Positions 11,036 through 23,200 of a DNA stretch of 64,000 bases are shown here, piece by piece. Positions within the stretch are counted from its first letter, which is position 1. Each line of letters begins with the position of its first letter. The position numbers were made by a program, and so were the translations under genes. The DNA is taken from positions 310,001-374,000 of the forward strand of contig CDROCS010002398.1 in the NCBI GenBank assembly GCA_977020255.1, given 5' to 3'. Below the pieces are notes generated by a model that was not told where the DNA came from, made no database searches, and saw only the letters and a program-made list of their open reading frames with translations. Source of the DNA: Obrimoposthia wandeli. Its lineage: Eukaryota.

Positions 11036-11521
11036 TGACCTCACCGTGACCTTAAGTTGTCCTCATGACGTCATGACCTTAAGTTGACCTTAAAGTACAT
11101 TGTCCTCATCATGAGCTTAACTTGACCTTAAAGTACATTGTCCTCATGACGTCATGACCTTAAGTTAACCTTAAAGTACATTGACCTTAACTTGACTTGA
11201 CCTCATGAGGTCATGACCTACATCTTGTCCTCACCGTGACCTTAAGTTGACCTCATGAGGTCATGTCCTCACCGTGACCTTAAGTTGACCTCATGAGGCC
11301 ATGTCCTCATCGTGACCTTAAACTGTGCTCAAGGGGGGGGGGGTATACTCAAAAAGTCTTTGTCCTGAAAGACACACATCCCCCTACTTGATGTGTGTCT
11401 TTCAGGACAAAGACATTTTTCCTGTGCATAGGGGGGGTCATGACCTCATGAGGTCATGACCTACATCTTGACCTCACCGTGACCTTAATTTGACCTATAT
11501 TTTTTGTCCTCAACTTGACCT
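11036..11521. repeat. Subterminal array of TGACCT/AGGTCA hexamers
   Basis: More than 20 TGACCT/AGGTCA copies counted by eye, plus TGTCCT variants. Confidence 0.9.
11356..11414. repeat. Perfect 25-bp inverted repeat with 9-nt loop, made of terminus-like sequence
   Basis: GTCTTTGTCCTGAAAGACACACATC-CCCCTACTT-GATGTGTGTCTTTCAGGACAAAGAC. Confidence 0.95.
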
Positions 11522-14472
11522 TAAAAAATTTTGTCCTCAGGGGGGGGGGCTTTGTTCCAGAAGTCACACATCTACCTACTATCGTCACTTTTGGATAGAA
11601 AGATATTTGATAATAAAAATATAGTATAAAATTGAAAGTATGCAACTTCTTTGAGTATAGAAATAAAGAATCTTCTACAAAACGAGAGAAAAAAAATGCA
11701 TAGAATCTGAAGTTTTACTTTTATGTGTGTATTTATCTTGTATTTTCCTTTATTAAATGACCAACAATAATATTGCAATAATCTACACAAAATTTTACAA
11801 TTTTCCTTAAAAATATTTACTAAATATTTCCGAACTTTACAGTTTAATTTAAAATGTTGAACAATTTACAAATCTACGACTAAATATAAGTATAAATCTT
11901 TATAATTGTAACATATTCTATAAACTGTTTTCCATGTCAGGTCAGGATGATTCAAAATAATTTTTACAAATTAAATTCTTAGAAATTCACGATAAACTGT
12001 TTGTATTCCTTTTTTTATACTTTATTATTTTTATTGTGAAAAATGTGTTTAGCTATTTTTCGGACCTATGCAAAAAGTACTGTAAATGGAGAATTTCATT
12101 TTGTTAATCGGAAACAGATGGATATTCGATGCTGGAGGAAATTTTGGGAATTTGCACAATGTAGACACAGTGACTGGTTCCTCTATCGAATTACATCCGG
12201 TTGACTCCAGTAGCACTGTAGGTGCCGGATGACCAGAATAATTGGCTGTTTATCCCATCGACTATGTATCCCAACACACAAAACAGGGGTGGCTGATTCA
12301 TAAAAGACAGGCGTCCCGCCATATGTCTACTAACAAATCCCTATTACTTTGATGTGAGACCTCGTCATTTGGCAGCACCACCAGCCGCCGCGCGAGCAGC
12401 TGTTTGAGGAGAACTGTGAAACTGAGAATTTTATTTGATTTGGTCAAAGGCTGTATAGTGCTGCTGCTGCCGTAGAAGTTGTATTCCAAAATATATATTT
12501 TCGTAAATCTATTTTGTTTAAATCAGTTATGTATAGGATACAGGAGAACCATGACTTTCCGGTTTTGTCGAAATTGCTGAACCGGAATACAACAATAAAA
12601 AATCGGGCAAATGTATCTAAATCCGAAATGTCTTGAATATATGTTTTGCCCGTCTATATTGTGAAAACCTCTGGTTTTAAAAAGGTCATAAATGAAACCC
12701 TGTTTGTTCAAATCAATTTAACCAATATTGATTCATCAATACCCTTTCTACCTGTTGAAATCGTAAGCGATTTCTTTGTTTTGTAGGTATCTTAAAGTTG
12801 AAATACAATCAAGATTTCACCTATCCCCCACCTGTTAATTTCGTAAGGGTCCCACAGGTAAACAGATAACTCAGTTTTAGAAAGAACCCCGTTTCAAAAT
12901 CATGATAACTCTCAGATTTCGTAAGGGTCCCACAAGTAAAGTTGTATCCACGTTCTCGAAAACAGATGGATACCAACTACATGTCAATTTTGTTTTAATC
13001 AACCAAACCATTATTTATTTGAAAAGGATTTACATATTAAGTGAGTGAGTATTATACTTAAATGAGCGAATAAAGTTTTTTAGCATGAATATTCATAAAA
13101 TCCTCATATAAATTTTAACAATTCTTTTCAGTATAATTAAATTAATTACCATACAAAAATATTTTTTTTTGTGAAAAAAAGAATTTTGCGAAAAAATATG
13201 TAATACATAAGTTTTTATGTTGGTTTTATTGGTCTACACGCTTTCTTTTAAGGGCTATTGGTTAATTCTTTGCGGCTGGTGCAGCTTTGCATTTTTAAAA
13301 TCTTACAGCCATTTTAAGAATAGGTTTGTATATGCAATCTTTTAAATAACTTAAACAATTATATCTGGATTGTCTCCATTCTTCGTTGTCGAATCTGATC
13401 ATACACCATTTACTTGAATTTTTAATTGATCAAATGTTCTCTTGATGTTTACATTTTTTCAGAGCAGTTGGTAGGTAAATAATAAATTTTTGCATAAACA
13501 AATATTTGTACTTTTTCCCCTTGATAAGCTGTGGTACATAATTTTACGACATTTGACTGAAATTTGCGTCACGATCTCTTGATAAATTCACGATTATCAT
13601 CTCATAACGACTAGAAATTGAGACATCTTTTATAAGATCTTTGCTTTCTGTAGAGAATTATTTTGTAAGGATTCCACGTTATCAACCGTCAATGAATCTT
13701 CTCGGAATAAAGTCATATTTGTTTTCTATTATATTTGTTCCAAAGAAAGTGCAGATCAGTCTAAATTTTTTATGATCTAACCAATTTTTATTTGAGTTTT
13801 AAACATGAGAACTTGCATTGTCTTGTTTAAGGAATGATAATTTGTGCTATTTTAACCAATTATAAATAGCCCCAAACCACAAATATTTGAATTTCTAAAT
13901 ATTACATGCTTCAAATCGTGACAATAAAATCATTTCTTAGTGTACGTTCAGTGTAAATCTGTTTCCTCGCTTAATTCAATTAAATTTGGATTAAATTTTT
14001 CGGTTTTTGATAAAAAATTTCCTATTTCATTTGATATTTTTTCCGGAAGTCATTTTAAGCTTCGTGACTAACTTGTTATTATAACCTGAAAGCCGCCTTC
14101 TTGGATGAGGTTTAGCGCCAGCAATTTTTTTATTAATTTTCCATATGAAGAATAATTTTTTATTGTTGTTTTATGTCATTTTTAAGTTCTTGACCACGAA
14201 ACATCCACTTCTACCTTTAAAAGAATAATAAAAAAGTTCGTATTAATTTAATCTGTATATTTAATTATTTAACACTTTAAATTGCAAAAATTCCTAACTG
14301 TATGTTAACGAAAATAATCGATGTACATAAAATATTACTCAATAGCTAAATATTTCCTTAGGATTCAGTTAATTTCCACTTTTCCCGTTGTCAAATAGAG
14401 GCATACAACCCCCAAAATGAGTAACAAAACATGCACAAAATGCCAACAAAGTCTATTTTTTTTCTCAGAAAA

Positions 14473-17400
14473 TTACTCGCTGTAGCTCTCGGATGACTGA
14501 ATTACAAAATGCACAACTCCTTTGCGAGTAGGAGCATTGGAGGCCCAATAAGTGACCGCACGGGATCAGCGAGCAGAAGACAGGCTCGTCCTCACAAATT
14601 TCGCAAAAGACAGTTTCATCACTCAAAGATTCATCCTGAATTGTTATTTATGAAAAGTAATTTTTTGAAATTTTAATTAAAAAAACAATTTTTTTAATTA
14701 AAGCTTAAACAGATTAGGAAACTCACAAATCTCTTTTCCAGTCTCTCGTAAAGTGCATTCCATGATTTACTTTCTGTTTCAGCGTGATGGATTGGTGATT
14801 TACCAATCTAAATTGAATATAAAATTTCAGGGCAAATAAATAACTCACTTTGTCAACTAATTCGATGTGTGCTCCATTGTTGAGAAAATATTCCAAAACC
14901 CTCAACTTTCCTCTTTGAACAGCATTAAAAATTGGTGTTCTTCCCAGCTAAATTAAACAAGCCAATGTTAGATGTCGAGGGTGAAAAAACCCCACAATCA
15001 AACTAGGTCTACGTAACTCACAGTTACTGTGTGAAATGACGAGAGAAAAATTTGACAAACTCTAAAAATTTTAGATCATTAAACACATCATGGAGTTCCC
15101 GTTATTTCTCCGAGGGAACAAAAAAGTATTCAAATAAGATATTCCATTGACCATACAATATGGAATCCATATGTTAAATCCCAGGTGTCTCATAACAAAG
15201 CCTTTGGCCTCAAAAGTCATAATATTATAAAAAGTTGTATTACATCGACAAAATAATAAATTACTAGATATTAAATGCAGTTTATTCTCAAAATTGTTCT
15301 TCTATAGTGCGAACCGGAAGAATCTAGATACCAGAGTAGAAGACAAATAGTTTAACCCATGATCAATATAAACGATAGAAATCACGACGTGTTGCATCAA
15401 TGCAGGACTTTGCAATCCATTTTTAAAGTTTTTTTGGCTTCGTGCACGATGGCAGTACGACGTAAACTTGAAAACATTTTAAATAAGCTTTTTGAAATTT
15501 GGACAGCTTTTAAAATTCTCGAAGAACTAAAGAGCTGGTCATGCTGACTTGGTCAGTGGATCTATCACCAGACAGCTTACTACATCCACACGAAGATTAT
15601 CAGAAGAATTAGATATTCCTAGAACTGTATGCAGAATTTTGAAAACAATCCTGCAGCTCAAACCCTGGAGACCTGCCACAGTCCTATTTTCCCAGATAAA
15701 TGGATTAGCAAATTCGGGACCTCCGAGGATCATCAGCTTAACTTCGCGTGATAACTCCGCTCTGGGTATTGTCAAGCAACGGGTGGTGTCTGCTAATGCC
15801 AAGGTTCGTATGGCTTTTGCATAAGTAAATCCTTAAATGCCTCGAGAAAAAAAAACACAGTTGATCAATTGGACAGTTTAAATTACGCATTGACAATTAT
15901 TGTGTTGAGATCGATCCCCGTGATAACTAATCCTTATTTGGACTTTATTGTCGATTTTACAGAATATTGTACGTGTTGTTATAAATTCTTGTTGGTTAGA
16001 GGTATTTCTGACCCACCTTGTACACAAACTCATTGAGAACTTATTATCCCTATTACTGAAGAAAATAACCAGCTTTCAGTATTTTTTCTCACAATTTATT
16101 ACTCCCAATCTCTTCGAATCTTATTATCAGTGTTGGCATTTAATCTGCTTAATCCTTAATCTGCTGAAATATTCTATCAAATTCTCTACAATTACCAGTT
16201 GGATTAAATACACAGTAAAAACGATTATAGAATCGCTAAAAAAGAATATGGTGGCTATATTGAAAATAAACTGTATTTATATATAGTTTGTTCTGACGTG
16301 AGGAGATTGTTTTCTTTAATTATTTACTAATATTAAATTTAATTTGTAATTTTTGTTTTAATAATTCTACGTGTTAATGACATAAAAAAGTAAATAATAA
16401 TAAAATTTATGATTATCGATTTTTTGTAAATTTATGCATATGGCTAATAAAATAGCTTCTACAGATGAAATTTGGGGGAAGTTAGCGCATCTTGGGATGA
16501 AATTAGCAATGTAAGTCAACAATGAAGACAAGATTGTGAATGCTATGCATCAAGGGGTATTAGTGGATGATGAATACATAGCTTCGCTGTTGGTTAAGGA
16601 GATTGAAGCCATTTTCTGAAAATATGAAGTAGTCGTTCTTGATGGATTTCCAAGAACAGTTAATCAATTAGAAATGTCTTTAAAATGTCTATCCATTATG
16701 CAGTATTTTATTATTTATTGGGATGAATTGCCTCTCAATTCCCGGTAGAATATTTTGTAGTTGTGATATACCCGGTTTATTTGTTGGATTGATCGAAAAA
16801 ATGCCTTGGTATAAAGGATGGACTGTTAAAAGTGATTTATGTGAGTTAGTAGAAAATAAATATAAAACATTTTTATTCTATTTTTTTTCCCGAAGACATT
16901 TAGTCATTTATTATTTTGTAGATACTTTCAATATGGGAAAGGTATAAAGGTTTCCCAGAAAATAATTTTAAAAATGAGAAAAACAATTTATTTTTCTATC
17001 ATGATAAAAAAATTACGCAAGGTTGAGGAAGAGTAAAAAAAATTCTAACAAGGAAACGTTTCGCACGGTCATAAAAAGAACTCAGTGAAATTTTAGTAAA
17101 TGATAAATATTGCAATATTAAAAATGTAGTTTTAGTTGTTATTTATTTATAATAAAAAAGTTATATGTATTAAATTTTTATCAAATAAATTTTATGATTT
17201 GGTTAAATTGAAATAATTAGTCGCCACATTAGCAGTTTTGGGTTGATTTTTAGCCAACACTTCACCTTATCTTTAGAGTTGATGTCTATCCCAGCTTTGA
17301 CGAAATATTTCACCAACCCCAAATGTCCACTCGAAGCCGCAAAATGTAAACACGACTCCCCATTCTGCGAAACTAAACGGAAGTAGACTAAAATTAACAA

Positions 17401-18484
17401 ACCACTGTTCTCCCTCTAATATCGGCTCCGCTTTCAACGAGAACCTTTACAATCTCGATATAGCCATCGGGTATAGCCAAATGAAGAGCTGTGCGTCCTT
17501 CCTAAATTGAAAGTATTTTTTCGAGTCTAAAAATCTCACTTTGTCAAAGGCATGGATGTTAATTCCCATGGTGATGAAATATTTCACCAACTCCAAACGT
17601 CCACCCAAGACAGCAAAATGTAAACACGTTTCACCGTTCTACAAAACTAAGCGGACATGGTTTAACTTTAACAAACCATGGAGGTGCTCTGAAGTTCGGC
17701 TCCATTGTCAATTAGAAGCTTCACAATGTCGATATAACCGTCAGGTACAGCAAAATGAAGGGCAGTATGTCCATCCTTAATTGAAATTAATTTATCGAGT
17801 CTAAATTAATCGTTATAAAATACCCACTTCGTCAATTTCATTAATATCAAGTCCGGCTGCGATGAAATATTTCACTGCCTCTAAATGACCCCCTTGAGAA
17901 GCCATGTGCAAACAATTCAAATCAAACTGAAGTAAACATACTTTAATCAGATTACTGAACCAAATCTACCTCATCTGTTCTAAAAACGTCAGCACCGTTC
18001 TCAATAAGAGTCTGTATTATGGGCATGAAACCTCGGGCAGCAGCCAAGTGAAGAGCTGTATTTTGGAGCTGAAATCAGTAAACAGATCTCAGTAAATACA
18101 CAATTTTACTCACATGGCTGTCTTCATCCACACCGACGCCGGCATCGATGAAATATTTCACTTTATCCAATTTACCACTTTTAACAGCTAAATGCAAACA
18201 GGTGTAGTCTTCCTAAAGATAGGATAAAGGTTTTATTTCCCACTTAAAATGTACATCTCCAGTTATTTTGATATCAAATCCGTTGTCAACGAGAATTTGA
18301 ACAATTTCTAAAGTACTCTTGTAAACCGCCAAATGAAGGACGTTATTTCCGAACTGCAATTTATTCAATAACACAGACCATTGTTTACATTACCCTATCT
18401 TTCTTTGTAATAAATTCCGGACAGCACAACATCCGCACACTTTCTGTGTCAGCAATTTTTACTGATTCCACGAGTTGAGTATAC
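14473..18484 (-). CDS. Host multi-exon ankyrin-repeat protein with C-terminal RING finger (5' end uncertain)
   Basis: About one ankyrin repeat per exon (e.g. NGESCLHFAASSGHLGLVKYFVKAGIDINSKDK, LGRTPIFNAVQRGKLRVLEYFLNNGAHIE); introns of 40-42 nt (18354-18393, 18213-18254); last exon 14473-14635 CEICEDEPVFCSLIPCGH...C...CAFC. Confidence 0.8.
15400..15700 (+). pseudogene. Tc1/mariner-type transposase N-terminal HTH fragment inside an intron of the ankyrin gene
   Basis: TSTRRLSEELDIPRTVCRILKTILQLKPWR resembles the second HTH of Tc1/mariner-superfamily transposases; flanked by stop codons. Confidence 0.5.
16440..16790 (+). pseudogene. Adenylate/NMP kinase fragment
   Basis: QGVLVDDEYIASLL...VVLDGFPRTVNQ with in-frame stops. 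Confidence 0.6.
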
Positions 18485-19107
18485 CTGCATGTTATTAGCG
18501 GAACTTTAGTTTTCAAGTAAAACAGTCTTGCATGGTAAAAACGACCAAAAAGTCAAATTATTTGAATATTAAAAAGAATTGTAAAATAGTCATTTTCATC
18601 ATTATATCTTAAAAATGAGTTCTAAAAATTATAGTTAGTTTATAAATACTTGTCAAATGACCATTTTTACTTAAGATATTTTTTACTTTAAACATCAATC
18701 AAATTGAAAATAAATACCTTGTGAAAGTTTATAAATTCTTCATTATTTAAATATTTCAATTTCTATGTTATATTTATAATATATTTATTCTTTTTCTAAT
18801 TTCAATATAAACTGACATAATAATGTATCAGTTATAGGTACTACAAAAATACATACCTTTTATTCATTCTCGATTTAGATGTGTATAAACAAAACCACTT
18901 TGTAATATGGTTACGCAACTTTTATTCAAATTCTTTTCAAACAATTGCTATTTAACGTATTTTGAAATGATTATCAAAATATAAGCTTCTGCAAACTTTT
19001 ATTACTAAATTATGTGAAATAAAATAAAATTTGGTTTACATATTACGATACTTTCGTTTTATTATCAATTTAAATGTTCATATCACCAGTTATAATTATT
19101 CTTTTTA

Positions 19108-19267
19108 AATCAATAAGAATATATATTCGGCAATTTTTAATACTATAATAGAATTTATTTACATTTAATTTTAAATATATACGATTAAATCAATAAGAAT
19201 ATATATTCGGCAATTTTTAATACTATAATAGAATTTATTTACATTTAATTTTAAATATATACGATTA
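19108..19267. repeat. 80-bp tandem duplication
   Basis: AATCAATAAGAATATATATTCGGC...ACGATTA repeated at 19108 and 19188. Confidence 0.9.
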
Positions 19268-20239
19268 ATCTGAGATACAGCCTGAGCAAATATCGGGTCG
19301 TCATCAATTCCTTTGAATTATGTGTCTTTCAAATATAATTTATAATTAATGAACTCATTTTTGAGTTCAAAATATAAAAAATATATTTAAAACTTTTTTG
19401 CAACTTAGATTTTTAATGTAAAGCACGTCCTATTTTGAAATGTATATACAATATTTTTATATATGATATATACAATTTGAACAATTATATGCAAATTTAA
19501 TGTTGTCTTTTGAGCATTTTACACAGATTATTCTCTGACCAATACAAGAAAAATGATTCCTCCTTACCGTTTGAACAGTGATCTCCATTAAGATAGCTCA
19601 ATTGGGACCAAATTTTTGATTCCGAGAGTGATTTGTTCGCAGTCAATTTATCGAGTTTTTCCCTTGGTCTGGTGTCTCCAACGTATACTTATCAACTTTG
19701 TTTGTCAAATGGCCAAGTATATAAAACAAGTTACTTCAACAATATATAATTTACTAAAACAGGGAAGTACAACAATTATAATAAAATTGTTCATATTGAT
19801 TTTTTGCATTGATAACACTAATTGATATAAATCACTTGTGGTGTCCATTGATAAAAACAATATTCAAAATACAGATTTATAATACAAAGGGTTCACTCCT
19901 AATCCGACTGGTCAGTTATTTTATTGTATTCAACAAAAGAGCCGATATAGGCTGATACAATGTTTAAAACCAACGGTAGTTATAATCTTAAATGATACAA
20001 ATTGACGGTGATTTTATGCCTAACTTTTGTAAAATGATCCCAATTTAAAATCTGAACTCCTTTTTTTTCTTTAATTGTAGAGTTAATTAACTCTTTCCTA
20101 TTTGAACATTTCTGTTATTTAAAATAAAAATATTTTAATTAATTTTATTTTGTCCAGAAAATGATCTTAGCCAAGACTATAAATAATAGCCATTTATAAC
20201 ATGAAAAATTAAATTAAATAGTATTACAATTGGACAAGT

Positions 20240-23200
20240 ACGTACGCAGAGTGTAAATGATGGTGGTGAACATTCTTTGGTCAAACTCACATACTTAATT
20301 GGTGTCACTGGTGAAATCTCGGCTCCTGATACAAGTAGCTGGTCAAGGGGTTACTTTCCAGAATCATCATACGCAGCCACAACTTATCCCTACTGCTCCA
20401 GACCTCCAAATGTTGTCAGCCTTGCAGCGCCATCATCAACCTTCGTCTTGAGCTAAGCTGCTTGAAACTACCTCCTCACATGCCTGGTGAACAAACACTC
20501 GACCTGCATCCACCAGTTACAGCCATCACTGGGTTTCTGGAGTCACATATGGCTTTAGGAAACACCCCAATGTTGATTGAAGATAAGTGGAACCTTCAAT
20601 TACAAGACCTGACCTAGCTCCGACGGTGGAGATACTCACCCAGTTTCTGGAGAACCTAGTAGAATCTTGCTCATAGGGTAGAAAAGTCCTTTATACTTCT
20701 GACTGTTGTGACGTCCACTACACCGGTGTTCCTGCTTCTGCACTGTTGTTGCTGCTTCTGACTCTGGTGCTCCTACTCCAACTGATGGTGACTACCGGAT
20801 AAGTATATGCTCTCTGGACGGTTAATCTCATTCTTATTTTTTCGTGCCGATATCATTTATTTAATTCGGACGGAAGGCTTTTTTCGGTACTACAAATCTA
20901 ATAATTGTAAGCCCGGGTATCCTTCTTTGGATATTATTTGTATCAATATTTTAATATGAATATATATATTTTTTTGTATAAATTGCAGTCATTATGTATT
21001 TTTTTGCAGTAAGAGGGAAACACTTTGTGCCACATGCCCTAACCTTCCTCGGTATCCTCAACTGTACACACATTTTATCGTACATGCACCATATTTGCAG
21101 ATTCTGCAAACTCAATAATAATAGTTTAGTAATTGAAAAGGTAGCTCTCATAAAGATTCTAAACTATTCCATAATACCTCTAGCACCCCATCTCGTAGAG
21201 ATGACCTTAACTATATTGATATAAGTTTACATAAGGCAGTACACTACTACTGATGACAATGTTCCTTCTGATAACTCAATGCCCAATAAGTATATATCTA
21301 ACCATAGTACTACATTTCCTAAACTCAAAACTAAACGAATTTACAGCCATGAAACCCATTATTGTAATGGGTTTGGTAACATTGTCCATCACCATCCTAA
21401 TCATATTGTTGGTACCAATATTGGGGATGTTTATCCGATACTTAGTTTATTAGAAAACTATATTGTTATTTCGTTAACTACAATTAGTTCTAAAATTAAT
21501 TCTTTGCCTTTACTTTAACCCTAAAATTTGTATAAAAAGGTTTATTCTCCCCAATTTAGTTAATGTAGCCAATTCTAAAACTTCTCATAAATCCCTTCAT
21601 TTCAAACGTATCCCTAAGTTAGGAAGTTTTAATTTTTTCCCAATCTCAATCTGTTATTCTCCTATTAAGTCCACTTATAATCCCGATTTTTCTCAACCCG
21701 TTCAACATAATTCTACAAACATTTTCAATCGTTCACTGTCCCACTTTGAGGTTGATCTAGATTGTCGCCTTTAAGTAAACTATTTATAATTTTACCTGAC
21801 TCAGAAAATGAGCTCAACTTGGACTTGTCTAATAACAAGTCCTCCCAAAATTTACACATTAATCCATTTATAAGTTCATTATCCTTTTAAGTTTCCTAGT
21901 TCAAACCCATCGATATTTTGTACTTAATTTCTCAGATAAAGACTTAAACTACCCACCAAAAGCTAACTTAAACATTTTATCCCTGACTCTTATAATGACT
22001 TTGTGAACGACTTGACTGATTACAAGTCATCTCATGTATCCCCTTTAATTCCTACCGAATGTTTGGAGTCTCTTTTCATCAATTTAATTTCAAAACCTTA
22101 GTGCGAGTCAGATTGGTCTGGCGATTGTAATTCTTTAACTCCGCCCTCAAACTTAAGGAATCCTCATAGTCACAAAAAACTCCATATAAGTTTGTAGATT
22201 TGACTTGCAAAGCTTATCCTGTTATTTTAAAAAATAGGCTATCTAACAGTCGTCTTCCTGCCCTAACTCCTAATATGTGAACTTCTCAAGATGAAATTTC
22301 TTCATCACTCCTGGACCCTTCAATTGCTAAAACTAAAAAGTTTATTTCACCTTTCAATAACATTTAATTCATCTGACTCTTCCTCTTTCAAGGAAGTCAC
22401 ACTTTTATGACTTGATAGTAACGAAACCAATACTTTAATGTAATTCTACCTGTTCACTATAATAACATCTTTTAAAATTACACAAAATGATTTTTCCCTA
22501 ATTATTGACCACTCAAACTTTACAGATCAAATTTCTTTTCTAGCACTGGTCACAGTTATTGCTAAATTAGGACCCACTTGTTGCATTTTTCATCCCTCTA
22601 TTTCAACAGCTGAAATACTTTCAGCGAGCGAGGACCTAATTCCCCTAATAATCTCTTCAAACTTTTCCTAATCTGGGAGTATATGTTTTGACCATATGAT
22701 ATGAATAACACTCAATTCCCATCATATTTTAAGAAGTATTTAAAAAGGCTGCTTTTCTCTTCCCAAATTCCTTTACCTACCAACTGAGACCGTCCATTTA
22801 TACCCACCTTAAAATTATACTTGGCCTCTTTAACCTAACGATCTGCCCAATTCGTCTTGAAGAATTCCACTTCCCCAATCATCTCATCACCTTAATTAAA
22901 ATATGTGAAAATTTTGCAGTTATTGATAGTGCTCTTAGAATAGTAAATTCTCTCCCGTTAAATTTCCCTTAATAAACCAAACAATTTTATTCAGGTCCTA
23001 ACCACCACAGCAATTTCTGATTTTTGCCAGGTTTCTAACTTCATTAATTCCCTAGTGAATCTTCTTCCACTCTTCACATTTTTCTTCTACCGATCTCTTA
23101 TTTTAATCCCTTATTTTGATCCCTAAATTCCAATTCCTTGACAACCTTTTACCAAAGTTTCTAAATCAGATTGCATTTTCTTACAATGTTACAACCAATT

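Larger units (their letters stand above)
1..11580 (+). mobile_element. Polinton/Maverick (adintovirus-like) element A, left end outside window, defective
   Basis: Co-oriented ATPase, rve integrase, penton, hexon, adenain and pPolB genes; right end ...CACACATCTACCTACT (11580) resembles the AGTAGG-type termini of element B. Confidence 0.95.

Noticed and set aside
11356-11414. Hairpin read as a rho-independent terminator or a CRISPR-like repeat
   Set aside because: The context is eukaryotic, it is a single copy with no spacers, and the sequence matches the element terminus.
12120-12500. GC-richer segment with a short minus-strand ORF
   Set aside because: Might be an exon or TE fragment, but nothing identifiable from the sequence alone.
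13100-14220. Possible fourth, very old Polinton relic on the minus strand (IQEGGF-like and KYKYLF-like peptides)
   Set aside because: Matches are short and riddled with stops; not supportable without a profile search.
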